Shown here: positions 9,846-18,449 of the stretch, one piece after another
Layout of the letters: the number at the start of each line of letters is the position of its first letter
Numbering within the stretch: position 1 is the stretch's first letter
Source of the DNA: Haloferax volcanii DS2
GTDB lineage: Archaea; Halobacteriota; Halobacteria; Halobacteriales; Haloferacaceae
DNA: 32,000 nucleotides
Assembly (NCBI RefSeq): GCF_000025685.1
Contig: NC_013966.1
Location: 210,001 to 242,000 of the forward strand
Reading direction: 5' to 3'
The notes under the pieces: model-generated
The model's database searches: none
The model's input: only the letters and a program-made list of their open reading frames with translations
What the model was told of the DNA's origin: nothing
Made by a program: the position numbers and the translations under genes

Positions 9846-10943
9846 CTACGCCGGCACGGTGTGTCGCGTCAGCGAGTCGACCCTCTCGACGGAGCCGTAG
9901 TTCAGCGCCACCTGGACGATGACGTCGGTGAGGTTGACTTTGTCCGCGAGGAACGCGTCGCGCTTGTCGGCCCAGCGGGCCTTCGCGCCGTCGTCGGTGA
10001 GGAGTTCCTCGGCGCGGGCCATCACGTCGTCGAACGACTTGAGGTTGGAGATGAGCCCCTGCCGTTCGAGTTCGACGAAGTTGCCCATGTCGTCGTCGCC
10101 GACGAAGGAGTTCGACCGGATGGCGGGCGTCCCGAGGAGCGCCGCCTCGGTCACCATGGTCTGGGTGTCGGCGACGAGCAGGCTCGCCTCGGCGAGCACG
10201 TCGTGGACGAGCGCGGGGTGGAAGTCGAACGGGCGGGTGTCGAGGTCGCCGTCGCGGCGCTCCTCGCTCTCGTCGAGGACGAAGACGGTCGCGCGCTCGC
10301 CCAGCAGCTCGATGAGTTCGCGGCGGCGCTCGGGCGTGAAGCCGCCGTGGCCAACGTCGTGGTGCGAGCCGAACGCGTTGAACCGGACGACGACGAACGT
10401 CTCGTCGGGGTCGAGGCCGAGTTCGGCCCGGATATCGACCGAGGGCTCGTACACGTCGGGGTGGAGATACGCCGTCTCTTTGAACCCGCGGAACTGGTAG
10501 TGGTTGTCCGCGAGGTCCTTCCCGAAAGTGTGTGGCGTCAGAATCGCCTTGGCGAACGGTCGGGAGACGACGTGGTCCAGCGAGGTCGGCTCGGAGTCGA
10601 GGAGGAGAATCACGGGCGTCCGCGAGACGGCCCCGGCGTGGGCCGCGTAGCCGCCCATTCCGAAGATGAGGTCGGGCTTGAACCGCCGCACGGCCCGGAA
10701 GATGTTGACGTAGTGGAACGGGAGCGACTTGAAAAGCGAGTACTTCGTCGTCCCGCAGGAGCCGTAAATCTCGTGCGGGAGGTCGTAGTAGTCGAGCAAG
10801 TCCTTGGTACAGCCGTAGTCGCGGCCGAGGACGAGCACGTCGTGACCCATCGCCTGAAGCTCTCTGACGCCGTACTTGTAGAGGTGAACGTGCGCGGGCG
10901 TGTTGGTGAAGAACAGGTATCGCATACTCTCTGGCAGTTTCAC
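9846..10943 (-). CDS. DUF354-family protein (predicted GT-B-like, function unknown)
   Basis: MRYLFFTNTPAHVHLYK..GHDVLVLGRD resembles DUF354 proteins as I recall them. The track start is a GTG at 10943. ATG 10925 (MRYLFF) is the more likely start, given the TATA-like box at 10958..10965. Confidence 0.65.
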   Translation of the reverse strand: MKLPESMRYLFFTNTPAHVHLYKYGVRELQAMGHDVLVLGRDYGCTKDLLDYYDLPHEIYGSCGTTKYSLFKSLPFHYVNIFRAVRRFKPDLIFGMGGYAAHAGAVSRTPVILLLDSEPTSLDHVVSRPFAKAILTPHTFGKDLADNHYQFRGFKETAYLHPDVYEPSVDIRAELGLDPDETFVVVRFNAFGSHHDVGHGGFTPERRRELIELLGERATVFVLDESEERRDGDLDTRPFDFHPALVHDVLAEASLLVADTQTMVTEAALLGTPAIRSNSFVGDDDMGNFVELERQGLISNLKSFDDVMARAEELLTDDGAKARWADKRDAFLADKVNLTDVIVQVALNYGSVERVDSLTRHTVPA

Positions 10944-10957
10944 GCGCCCCGCGGGAG

Positions 10958-10965
10958 TAGTTATA
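10958..10965 (-). promoter_or_regulatory. ATAAC(A/T)A box copy (TATAACTA on minus strand), TATA-like, 33 nt upstream of ATG 10925 of the DUF354 gene
   Basis: An AT patch at a promoter-like distance, sharing the ATAACTA core with 9789..9797. Confidence 0.4.
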
Positions 10966-11043
10966 CGGCGTCTACCCGCCGCGGTCGGTCGGAGAGACGC
11001 CGGGTCGCCGCCGCGACGACCGACCCGGGGCCGTTACGGTCGC

Positions 11044-11052
11044 CATAACAAA
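11044..11052 (+). promoter_or_regulatory. CATAACAAA box, 224 nt upstream of the membrane hydrolase gene
   Basis: Exact 9-mer shared with 11894, 18383 and 19804. Confidence 0.35.
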
Positions 11053-11275
11053 ATCCGGACGAGCACTCGGGTTCCCTGACCGGGCGCTCGCGCGCCGTTT
11101 CGCCCGTTCGCGTCGACGCAGACAGGCAGTCCGCACCCCCGACGCGGACGGCATCCCCGCCCTCCAAACCGACCGCGACGCGCCCCACAAGCCAAATGTT
11201 TCAGACGCCTATTCCGACGCTCACCCCGCGACGACGAACCGCCGACGCCAACGCGACGACCCGGAGCGACCGCTG

Positions 11276-11863
11276 ATGTTCCCGTGGGAACACGCCGCCG
11301 TCGGCTACATCCTCGTCTCGCTGTGGGCGCGGGTGACCGGCCGGCGACTCGACGGCTGGGCCGCGCTGGCGGTGCTCGTCGGAACGCAGTTCCCCGACCT
11401 CGTCGACAAGCCGCTGGCGTGGTCGTTCGGCGTCCTCCCGAGCGGTATCTCGATGGCGCACTCGATTCTCGTCTCGGTGCCGGTCTCGATAGTCGTCGTC
11501 GCCGTCGCGCGGCGCTACGGGGCGGCGACGGTCGGCGTCGCGTTCGCACTCGGCTATCTCTCGCACATCCCCGCGGACCTGCTGTTCAACGGCTTTTTCT
11601 TCGGGAACTACGACGTGATTCGGGCGTTCCTCTGGCCGCTGTCCCACGGGAGCGAGTCGTCGATGGGCGGCTTCTTCGCCCAGACGTGGTTCTACCTGCG
11701 CCGGTTCGTCGTGTTCCTCCGCCGGCCCGAGGCGTGGATTCTGGTCGCGTTCGAACTCGCGTTGCTCGGGAGCGCCGTCTGGCTCTGGCTCGGCGACGGC
11801 GCGCCCGGCGTGGGGCTTCTCAAGCGCTCTGTGACCGGAATCCGCCGCGGCGTTACGAAGTGA
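11276..11863 (+). CDS. Membrane-bound metal-dependent hydrolase, YdjM/DUF457-like
   Basis: 195 aa, hydrophobic, with His/Asp motifs in the expected order (WEHA, FPDLVDKP, MAHS, SHIPAD). Confidence 0.65.
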   Translation: MFPWEHAAVGYILVSLWARVTGRRLDGWAALAVLVGTQFPDLVDKPLAWSFGVLPSGISMAHSILVSVPVSIVVVAVARRYGAATVGVAFALGYLSHIPADLLFNGFFFGNYDVIRAFLWPLSHGSESSMGGFFAQTWFYLRRFVVFLRRPEAWILVAFELALLGSAVWLWLGDGAPGVGLLKRSVTGIRRGVTK

Positions 11864-11893
11864 CTGCGACCGGAAACCGGGCGGCAATCACTC

Positions 11894-11902
11894 CATAACA
11901 AA
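11894..11902 (+). promoter_or_regulatory. CATAACAAA box, 144 nt upstream of the acetyltransferase (first gene of the sugar operon)
   Basis: Exact 9-mer, with the flanking CC..G also shared with the 18383 copy. Confidence 0.35.
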
Positions 11903-12045
11903 GCCCTCACCGAGACTGAATTTCGCTAAGGCAGGCAGACTCCCCGCCGACATGATATGAGATTCCAGATTTTCCAGTCGATTCGGCCGACCGCCGAGTC
12001 GACACAGACGGCCGACGGAGCGCGACCGACGCGAGGTGGACGCCG

Positions 12046-12621
12046 ATGAGCGCCGAGGTGGGCGTCGAATCCCACGTCGACGACGGCGTCACCATCGGCT
12101 ACGGCGACGGCGACGATCCGGTCATCGGTGACCGGGCGCGAATCCGCGCCGGCACCATCGTCTACGACGACGTGATCATCGGCGACGACTTCGTCACGGG
12201 CCACAACGTCCTCGTCCGCGAGCACACGACCATCGGTGACGGGGTCCTCCTCGGGACCGAGACGGTCGTCGACGGCACCACGACCATCGGGTCGCGCGTG
12301 AGCATCCAGACGAACGTCTACATCCCCACCAACACCCGAATCGGCGACGACGTGTTCGTCGGTCCGGGCGTGGTGATGACGAACGACCCCTATCCGGTCC
12401 GCACCGACGCGGAGCTGGTCGGCCCGAGAATCGAGAACCACGCCTCAATCGGCGCGAACGCGACGCTCCTCCCCGGCGTGACCGTCGGCGAGGGCGCGTT
12501 CGTCGCCGCCGGCGCGCTCGTCGTGAACGACGTGCCGCCGCGCACCCTCGCCGTGGGCGTCCCCGCCGTCCACCGCGACCTGCCGGAACAACTGCGGGGA
12601 GAAAACAGGGTACGACGATGA
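12046..12621 (+). CDS. Hexapeptide-repeat (left-handed beta-helix) N-acetyltransferase, WbpD-like
   Basis: Repeating [LIV]-G-x4 hexapeptides run throughout (IGDRARIRAGTIVY, IGDDFVTGHNVLV, IGDGVLLG, IGSRVSIQTNVYI). A GAGGTG Shine-Dalgarno sits at 12033..12038. The stop overlaps the next start (ATGA). Confidence 0.85.
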   Translation: MSAEVGVESHVDDGVTIGYGDGDDPVIGDRARIRAGTIVYDDVIIGDDFVTGHNVLVREHTTIGDGVLLGTETVVDGTTTIGSRVSIQTNVYIPTNTRIGDDVFVGPGVVMTNDPYPVRTDAELVGPRIENHASIGANATLLPGVTVGEGAFVAAGALVVNDVPPRTLAVGVPAVHRDLPEQLRGENRVRR

Positions 12622-13721
12622 GTGCAGACCACATCTCAATCGCCGCGCCCCAGCTCGGCGCGGCGGAACGGGACCGAATCGCGGCCGTCCTCGAAAGCGG
12701 CATGATAGCCGACGGCCCCGAGGTCAGGGGCTTCGAACGGGAGTTCGCCGACTACTGCGAAGCCGACCACGGCGTCGCCACCTCCAACGGGACGACGGCG
12801 CTCCACGCCGCGCTCCACGCGCTCGGCGTCGGCCCCGGCGACCGCGTCCTGACGACGCCCTTCACGTTCATCGCCACGGCCAACGCCGTCGCCTTCGCGG
12901 GCGCTGAAGTGGGTTTCGTCGACATCGACCCGCGAACGTACAACATCGACCCCGACGCGCTCGAAGCGCGGCTCCGGGCCGGCGAGCGGGTGGACGCAGT
13001 CATCGCAGTCCACCTCTACGGCCTCCCGGCGGACATGACGCGGCTCGCGGAGCTCGCAGCGGAGTACGACTTCCTGCTCGTCGAGGACGCCGCGCAGGCT
13101 CACGGCGCGGCAGTCGAGGGACGACGCGTCGGCTCCTTCGGCGACGCCGCGTGCTTCTCGTTCTACCCGACGAAGAACATGACCACGAGCGAGGGCGGCA
13201 TGATTACGACAAACCGCGCCGACGTCGCCGAGCGCGCCGCCCGGTTCGTGGACCACGGCCGCGTCTCCGGCTACGAACACGCCGAGGTCGGCCACAACTT
13301 CCGCATGACGAGCATCGCCGCGGCCATCGGCCGGGTCCAACTCGAACGTCTCCCCGAGTTCACTCGCGCGAGACAGGCCAACGCCGCCGCGCTCACGGAG
13401 TACCTCGAAGACTCGCCGGTCACGACGCCTCACACGCCGCCGGGCCGGACTCACGTCTTCCACCAGTACACCGTCGCCTGCGACGGTATCGAGCGCGACG
13501 CCCTCAAGTCGTACCTCGACGCGAAGGGCATCGCCACGGGCGTCTACTACCCGAAGCCCGTCCACAAGCAGCCCGCCTACGAACACCTCGCGGTGTCGGC
13601 TCCGGTCGCGGAAGAAGCCGCGACACGGGTTCTCTCGTTGCCGGTCCACCCCGGACTCAGCGAGGCCGACGTGGAGCGCGTCGGGACTGCGGTCGCCAAC
13701 TACGCGGAGGTGGCGAGGTGA
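12618..13721 (+). CDS. DegT/DnrJ/EryC1-family PLP-dependent sugar aminotransferase, WbpE-like
   Basis: 367 aa. Contains SNGTTALHAAL, DAAQAHGA and FSFYPTKNMTTSEGG (the PLP-lysine region), typical of this family. Confidence 0.9.
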   Translation: MSADHISIAAPQLGAAERDRIAAVLESGMIADGPEVRGFEREFADYCEADHGVATSNGTTALHAALHALGVGPGDRVLTTPFTFIATANAVAFAGAEVGFVDIDPRTYNIDPDALEARLRAGERVDAVIAVHLYGLPADMTRLAELAAEYDFLLVEDAAQAHGAAVEGRRVGSFGDAACFSFYPTKNMTTSEGGMITTNRADVAERAARFVDHGRVSGYEHAEVGHNFRMTSIAAAIGRVQLERLPEFTRARQANAAALTEYLEDSPVTTPHTPPGRTHVFHQYTVACDGIERDALKSYLDAKGIATGVYYPKPVHKQPAYEHLAVSAPVAEEAATRVLSLPVHPGLSEADVERVGTAVANYAEVAR

Positions 13722-14803
13722 GCCGAGACCCCGCCGGACTCCGCGCCGACGGCGGCCGAGAGCGCCCGGTCCGCGCGGGCGTCGTCGGCGTCGGGTCGAT
13801 GGGAACCAACCACGCGCGGGTCTACGCGGAGCTTCGCGGCGTCGAACTGGTCGGCGTCGCCGACGCGGACGCGGACCGCGCCGCCGAGGTCGCCGCCGAC
13901 TTCGGCACCGACGCGTACGGCATCGAGGAGTTGCTCGACCGCGTGGACGTGGTAACGGTCGCAGTGCCGACGCCCTATCACGCGTCGGTCGCCCGGCAGT
14001 GCATCGACGCCGGCGTCCACGCGCTCGTCGAGAAACCCTTCGTCGACGACCTCGGCGTCGGCGCGGAGTTGGCCGCGCTCGCGGAGGACCGCGGCGTCGT
14101 GCTCCAGGTCGGCCACATCGAGCGGTTCAATCCGGTCGTCCGCGCCCTCCCCGACCTCCTCGACGGCGTCGAACCCATCGCCATCACCGCGAACCGGCTC
14201 GGCCCGCCGCTGAACCGCGAGATGGGCGACGGCGTCGTCATGGACCTCATGATTCACGACATCGACGTGGTGCTCTCGCTGGTCGATGCCGAGGTCGACC
14301 GCGTCGCCGCGACCGCCACGCCCGACGAGCAGTACGCGACGGCGCAGGTGACGTTCGACAACGGCGTCATCGCCTCGCTCACGGCGAGTCGGCTCACCCA
14401 GCAGAAGACGCGGACCCTCGACATCACCGCGCGCGACCGGCTCATCCGGGTGGACTACCTGAACCAGTCGGTCCAGATTTTCCGCCAGTCGCGCCCGGAT
14501 TACCTCCGGGACAACGGGGGCGTCCGCTACCGCCACGAAGTGGTGATGGAACAGCCGATGATTTCCACCGGCGAGCCGCTGAAACGCGAGTTACAGGCGT
14601 TCGTCGACGCCGCGACCGACGGCGGCCCCGTCCTCGTCTCGCCGGCCGACGGCCTGCGCGCTATCGACCTCGCCCGGCGAATCGAGGCCGACGCCGAATC
14701 GACGGTTCGGAGCGTCGAGACCGCGGAGACTGCGGAAAATGCAGAGACCGCGGAAGCCACGGAAAACGCTGAGACTACGGAACCCTCGGAGGGTCGACGA
14801 TGA
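13718..14803 (+). CDS. Gfo/Idh/MocA-family NAD-dependent oxidoreductase, WbpB-like, with an acidic repeat tail
   Basis: Rossmann motif VGVVGVGSMGTNHA near the N-terminus, and a later EKP motif (LVEKPF). I place the start at GTG 13718, overlapping the upstream stop (GTGA). The track ORF start at 13151 is an Arg-rich overlap with the aminotransferase and is not credible. Confidence 0.82.
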   Translation: MSRDPAGLRADGGRERPVRAGVVGVGSMGTNHARVYAELRGVELVGVADADADRAAEVAADFGTDAYGIEELLDRVDVVTVAVPTPYHASVARQCIDAGVHALVEKPFVDDLGVGAELAALAEDRGVVLQVGHIERFNPVVRALPDLLDGVEPIAITANRLGPPLNREMGDGVVMDLMIHDIDVVLSLVDAEVDRVAATATPDEQYATAQVTFDNGVIASLTASRLTQQKTRTLDITARDRLIRVDYLNQSVQIFRQSRPDYLRDNGGVRYRHEVVMEQPMISTGEPLKRELQAFVDAATDGGPVLVSPADGLRAIDLARRIEADAESTVRSVETAETAENAETAEATENAETTEPSEGRR

Positions 14804-16227
14804 GCCGCGAGCACCCCGGACTGTACGGCTCCGACCGCTCGCCCGACGAACAGACGCGGGCCCTGCGCGCCGGCGAGGTCCCCGTCGCGGTGTACGGCCT
14901 GGGGAAGATGGGCCTCCCGCTGGCGGCCGTCTACGCCCGCGCGACGGGCAACGTCACCGGCGTCGACATCAGCGAGGACGTGGTTGGCGGCGTCAACGAC
15001 GGCGAGTGCCACGTGGCGAAGGAGCCGGGACTGCCCGAGTTAGTCGCCGAGCAGGCCGAACGCGGCGCGCTCCGGGCGACCACCGACGGCGTCGCCGCGG
15101 CCGAGGGAGCCGCGGTGCACGTCATCATCGTCCCGACGCCGCTGACCGACGACCGCGAACCCGACCTCGCGGCGTTCGAAGCCGTCCTCGACAGCATCGC
15201 GCGGGGGCTCGCGCCCGGCGACCTCGTCGTCGTCGAGTGTACCGTCCCGCCGGGGACGAGCAAAGACCTCGTAATTCCGCACCTCGCGGACCGAAGCGGC
15301 CTCTCGGCCGGCGAGTTCGGCGTGGCGTTCTGCCCCGAGCGGACCTCGTCTGGCCGGGCGCTCCGCGACATCACCGAGTCGCACCCGAAAATCGTCGGCG
15401 GGGTCGACGCCGAGAGCACCCGCGTGGCGGCGCTCGTCTACGGCGAGATAACCGCGAACGAGGTGATTCCCGTGCGCGACGCGACGACCGCGGAGGCCGT
15501 GAAGCTGTTCGAGGGCGTCTACCGCGACGTGAACATCGCGCTCGCGAACGAACTCGCGCGGCTCCGCGACGACCTCGGCATCGACGTGACCGAGGCCATC
15601 GACGCGGCCAATACCCAGCCGTACTGCGACATCCACGCGCCCGGCCCGGGCGTCGGCGGCCACTGCATCCCGTGGTACCCGTACTTCATCACGAGCCGAG
15701 TGGCGGCCGAGACGCCGCTGCTCCTGACCGCCCGCGAGGTCAACGACAGCATGCCGGCGTTCACCGCCGACAAGCTCCGCGACGAACTGGCCGCGGCGGG
15801 CCGAGAGATACGGGGCGCGACCGTCGCCATCCTCGGCGTCACCTACCGCCCGGGCGTCGCCGAGACCCGCGCGACCCCCGCCGCGGGCGTCATCGACCGA
15901 CTGAACGACCTCGGCGCGACCGTCCTCGCGGTCGACCCGATGCTCTCGGACGAAGTCGTCGCGTCCTTCGGCGCGACCCCCGTCTCGCTCTCCGACCTCC
16001 CGAACCGCGCCATCGACGCGGCCGTGGTCGTCACGCCGCACGAGGAGTTCGACGGCATCGACTGGGCCGCCTTCGACGACCTCGTCGTCGTCGACGGCCG
16101 CGGCACCCTCGGTGACATCGGCCACCGCGTGTACGAAATCGGCGGCGGACCGCGGGGCGAGTCGTCCGAGACCGAGGCCGGCCCCGAGATTGCGGCCGAC
16201 TCGTCGCACGGAGGGCCGGGCCGATGA
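14800..16227 (+). CDS. UDP-sugar 6-dehydrogenase (UDP-glucose/GDP-mannose dehydrogenase family), WbpA/WecC-like
   Basis: N-terminal VAVYGLGKMGLPLA Rossmann motif. A catalytic-Cys region GPGVGGHCIPWYPYF. 475 aa. ATGA overlaps at both ends. Confidence 0.9.
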   Translation: MSREHPGLYGSDRSPDEQTRALRAGEVPVAVYGLGKMGLPLAAVYARATGNVTGVDISEDVVGGVNDGECHVAKEPGLPELVAEQAERGALRATTDGVAAAEGAAVHVIIVPTPLTDDREPDLAAFEAVLDSIARGLAPGDLVVVECTVPPGTSKDLVIPHLADRSGLSAGEFGVAFCPERTSSGRALRDITESHPKIVGGVDAESTRVAALVYGEITANEVIPVRDATTAEAVKLFEGVYRDVNIALANELARLRDDLGIDVTEAIDAANTQPYCDIHAPGPGVGGHCIPWYPYFITSRVAAETPLLLTAREVNDSMPAFTADKLRDELAAAGREIRGATVAILGVTYRPGVAETRATPAAGVIDRLNDLGATVLAVDPMLSDEVVASFGATPVSLSDLPNRAIDAAVVVTPHEEFDGIDWAAFDDLVVVDGRGTLGDIGHRVYEIGGGPRGESSETEAGPEIAADSSHGGPGR

Positions 16228-17309
16228 GCCGTCTCAAGGTGCTCTCGGTCGTCGGCGCGCGCCCGCAGTTCATCAAGGCGTTCCCCGTCTCCGACGCGCT
16301 CAGACGCGACCACGACGAGGTGCTCGTCCACACCGGCCAGCACTACGACGAGTCGATGTCGGGCGTGTTCTTCGACGAACTCGCCATCCCCGAGCCGGAC
16401 TACAACCTCGGGGTCGGCTCGGGCGGCCACGCCGCCCAGACCGCCGAGATGATGACCCGGCTGGACGGCGTCGTCGCCGACGAAGCCCCCGACGTGGTGC
16501 TCGTCTACGGCGACACCAACTCGACGCTCGCGGCGGCGCTCGTGGCCGCGAAGCGCGACCCCGCTCTGGCGCACGTCGAGGCCGGCCTGCGGAGCCACAA
16601 CTGGGCGATGCCCGAGGAGGTCAACCGCGTGCTCACCGACCACTGCTCGGACCTGCTGTTCGCGCCCTCCGAGTCGGCCGCCGAGACGCTGGCGGCCGAG
16701 GGCATCCGAAACGGCGTCTCCGTGACCGGCGACGTGCAGTACGACGCCGTCCTCCGGGTCCGCGAGGCCGCCCGCGAGCGGTCGTCGATACTCGACGACC
16801 TCGACCTCCGAGACGGCGAGTACGTCCTCGCGACGGTCCACCGCGCCGCCAACACCGACGACCGCGACCGCCTCGGAGGCATCGTGGAGGGGCTGGCGTC
16901 GTCGGAACTCCCGGTCGTCTTCCCGGTCCACCCGCGGACCGAAGGGGCGCTCGAAGCCAGCGGCCTCTGGTCGCGGCTCGCAGACGCCGAGAACGTCGTC
17001 CTCGTGGAGCCGGTCGGCTACCTCGATTTCGTCCGCCTGCTCGACGGCGCGGAGCGCGTCGCCACCGACTCCGGCGGCGTCCAGAAGGAGGCGTTCTACC
17101 TCGACACCCGGTGTCTCACGCTCCGCGACGAGACCGAGTGGACAGAGACCGTCGACGCCGGCTGGAACGTCCTCGTCGGCGCGGACGCGGCCGCGATTCG
17201 GGCGGCGCTGGCCGACGACGACCCACTTCCCGAAAAGCCCTCGCTGTACGGCGACGGGAGCGCCGCCGAGCGAATCGTCGCCGCGCTCTCGGAGTACGGG
17301 GATGCGTGA
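16224..17309 (+). CDS. wecB: Non-hydrolysing UDP-N-acetylglucosamine(uronate) 2-epimerase, WecB/WbpI-like
   Basis: VVGARPQFIKAFPV, HTGQHYD and VLVYGDTNSTLAAAL are classic epimerase_2 motifs. 361 aa. Confidence 0.92.
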   Translation: MSRLKVLSVVGARPQFIKAFPVSDALRRDHDEVLVHTGQHYDESMSGVFFDELAIPEPDYNLGVGSGGHAAQTAEMMTRLDGVVADEAPDVVLVYGDTNSTLAAALVAAKRDPALAHVEAGLRSHNWAMPEEVNRVLTDHCSDLLFAPSESAAETLAAEGIRNGVSVTGDVQYDAVLRVREAARERSSILDDLDLRDGEYVLATVHRAANTDDRDRLGGIVEGLASSELPVVFPVHPRTEGALEASGLWSRLADAENVVLVEPVGYLDFVRLLDGAERVATDSGGVQKEAFYLDTRCLTLRDETEWTETVDAGWNVLVGADAAAIRAALADDDPLPEKPSLYGDGSAAERIVAALSEYGDA

Positions 17310-18387
17310 GAAGACGGGAGATGCGGACGCGCGAGATGGCCCCGGCTACACCGCCTCGGAACCGAGCGGGCCCGGCGAACCCGGCTCCGGTCCCGGCTTC
17401 GCGGTCTGTCTGACTCACGACGTGGACCGCCCGTACAAGACGTATCAGGGGCTGTACTACGCGGCGAAGTCGAACCCCGGCTACCACCTCCGGACGCTCC
17501 TCCGGCGGGAGAACCCCTACTGGCAGTTCGAGGATATCATGGCGCTCGAACGCGACCTCGGCGTCCGCTCGTCGTTCTACTTCCTCAATGAGCCGAGCCT
17601 CCTCGAAACGGGGTCGCTGTCGGACTGGCTCGAACCGAAAAACTGGGTCGAACACCTCGGCCGGTACGACCTCGATTCGGCGTCGATAGCCGACGCCGTC
17701 CGCGACCTCGACGGGGGGGGCTGGGAGGTCGGCATCCACGGCTCGTTCCGGTCGTGCGACGACTTCGACCGCCTCCGAACCGAAACGCGCGAACTCGAAG
17801 CGATACTCGGCCACGAACTCGTCGGCGGCCGCCAGCACCACCTCAAACTCGGGCCGAACACGTGGCGCTACCACCGCGAACTCGGCCTGAAGTACGACGC
17901 CAGCCCCGGGTCGAGTTCGGAACACGGCTTCCAACACGGTTACCGGCCGTTCAGACCCTTCGACGACGACTTCGTCGTCTTCCCGCTGACGCTGATGGAG
18001 GTGTCGCTTCCCGACCCCGGGTCGGCGTTCGACGAGGCGTGGGCCGAATGCGAGCGCCTGTTGGACGAAGCCGAGGCGAACGACGCCGTGATGACGGTGC
18101 TGTGGCACCCGCGGTACTTCAACGAGGACGAGTTCCCCGGCTACCGCCGGCTCTACCGCCGCATCGTCGAACGGGCGCTCGACCGCGGCGCGTGGGTCGG
18201 CCCCGTCGCGGACTACTACCGCGAGTTCCTCGCCGAGCGCGATTCCAGCGACTCCGACGATGCCGGCGACGATTCGGACGGGAGGGCGACCGACAACGCG
18301 ACCACCGACAACGCGACCGCCGGCGGTTCGAACTACTCTCTCTCTCCCGGTAGAATCCGGCATCGTCGGTCGGTATCGGCCCCATAA
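17302..18387 (+). CDS. Polysaccharide deacetylase (CE4)-like protein, divergent
   Basis: CLTHDVDRPY and WEVGIHGS resemble the Asp-Asp and His motifs of the deacetylase fold. It overlaps the epimerase gene by 8 nt. It has a low-complexity N-terminus and an acidic C-terminal tail. Confidence 0.55.
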   Translation: MREKTGDADARDGPGYTASEPSGPGEPGSGPGFAVCLTHDVDRPYKTYQGLYYAAKSNPGYHLRTLLRRENPYWQFEDIMALERDLGVRSSFYFLNEPSLLETGSLSDWLEPKNWVEHLGRYDLDSASIADAVRDLDGGGWEVGIHGSFRSCDDFDRLRTETRELEAILGHELVGGRQHHLKLGPNTWRYHRELGLKYDASPGSSSEHGFQHGYRPFRPFDDDFVVFPLTLMEVSLPDPGSAFDEAWAECERLLDEAEANDAVMTVLWHPRYFNEDEFPGYRRLYRRIVERALDRGAWVGPVADYYREFLAERDSSDSDDAGDDSDGRATDNATTDNATAGGSNYSLSPGRIRHRRSVSAP

Positions 18388-18391
18388 CAAA
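18383..18391 (+). promoter_or_regulatory. CATAACAAA box overlapping the TAA stop of the deacetylase-like gene, 59 nt upstream of the 438-aa ORF
   Basis: Exact 9-mer. Confidence 0.35.
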
Positions 18392-18449
18392 GCCACGAGC
18401 GGGCTTCCTCTCGGACAGCCAACACCCTTCAGAGAGGCTATTCTGCACC

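Noticed and set aside
8490-11048. 852-aa ORF on the + strand spanning the end of the CRISPR array and two genes
   Set aside because: It is antisense to the well-supported GT4 and DUF354 genes. Its composition is Gly/Arg/Val/Asp-rich, typical of a GC-driven shadow frame, and it starts inside a CRISPR repeat.
11198-11207. gtttcagacg, identical to the first 10 nt of the CRISPR repeat, in the DUF354/hydrolase intergenic region
   Set aside because: The similarity ends after 10 nt, no spacer-repeat periodicity surrounds it, and there is no second copy. It is most likely chance or, at best, an unrecognisable relic.
13151-13717. N-terminal 189-codon extension of the oxidoreductase ORF
   Set aside because: It is Arg/Pro-rich and completely overlaps the aminotransferase gene in another frame. 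The Rossmann motif starts just after GTG 13718, which overlaps the upstream stop.
14739-17413. Long + strand ORFs 14739..16115 (458 aa) and 16112..17413 (433 aa)
   Set aside because: These are extremely Arg/Pro-rich alternative frames of the dehydrogenase and epimerase genes, which themselves have clear family motifs.
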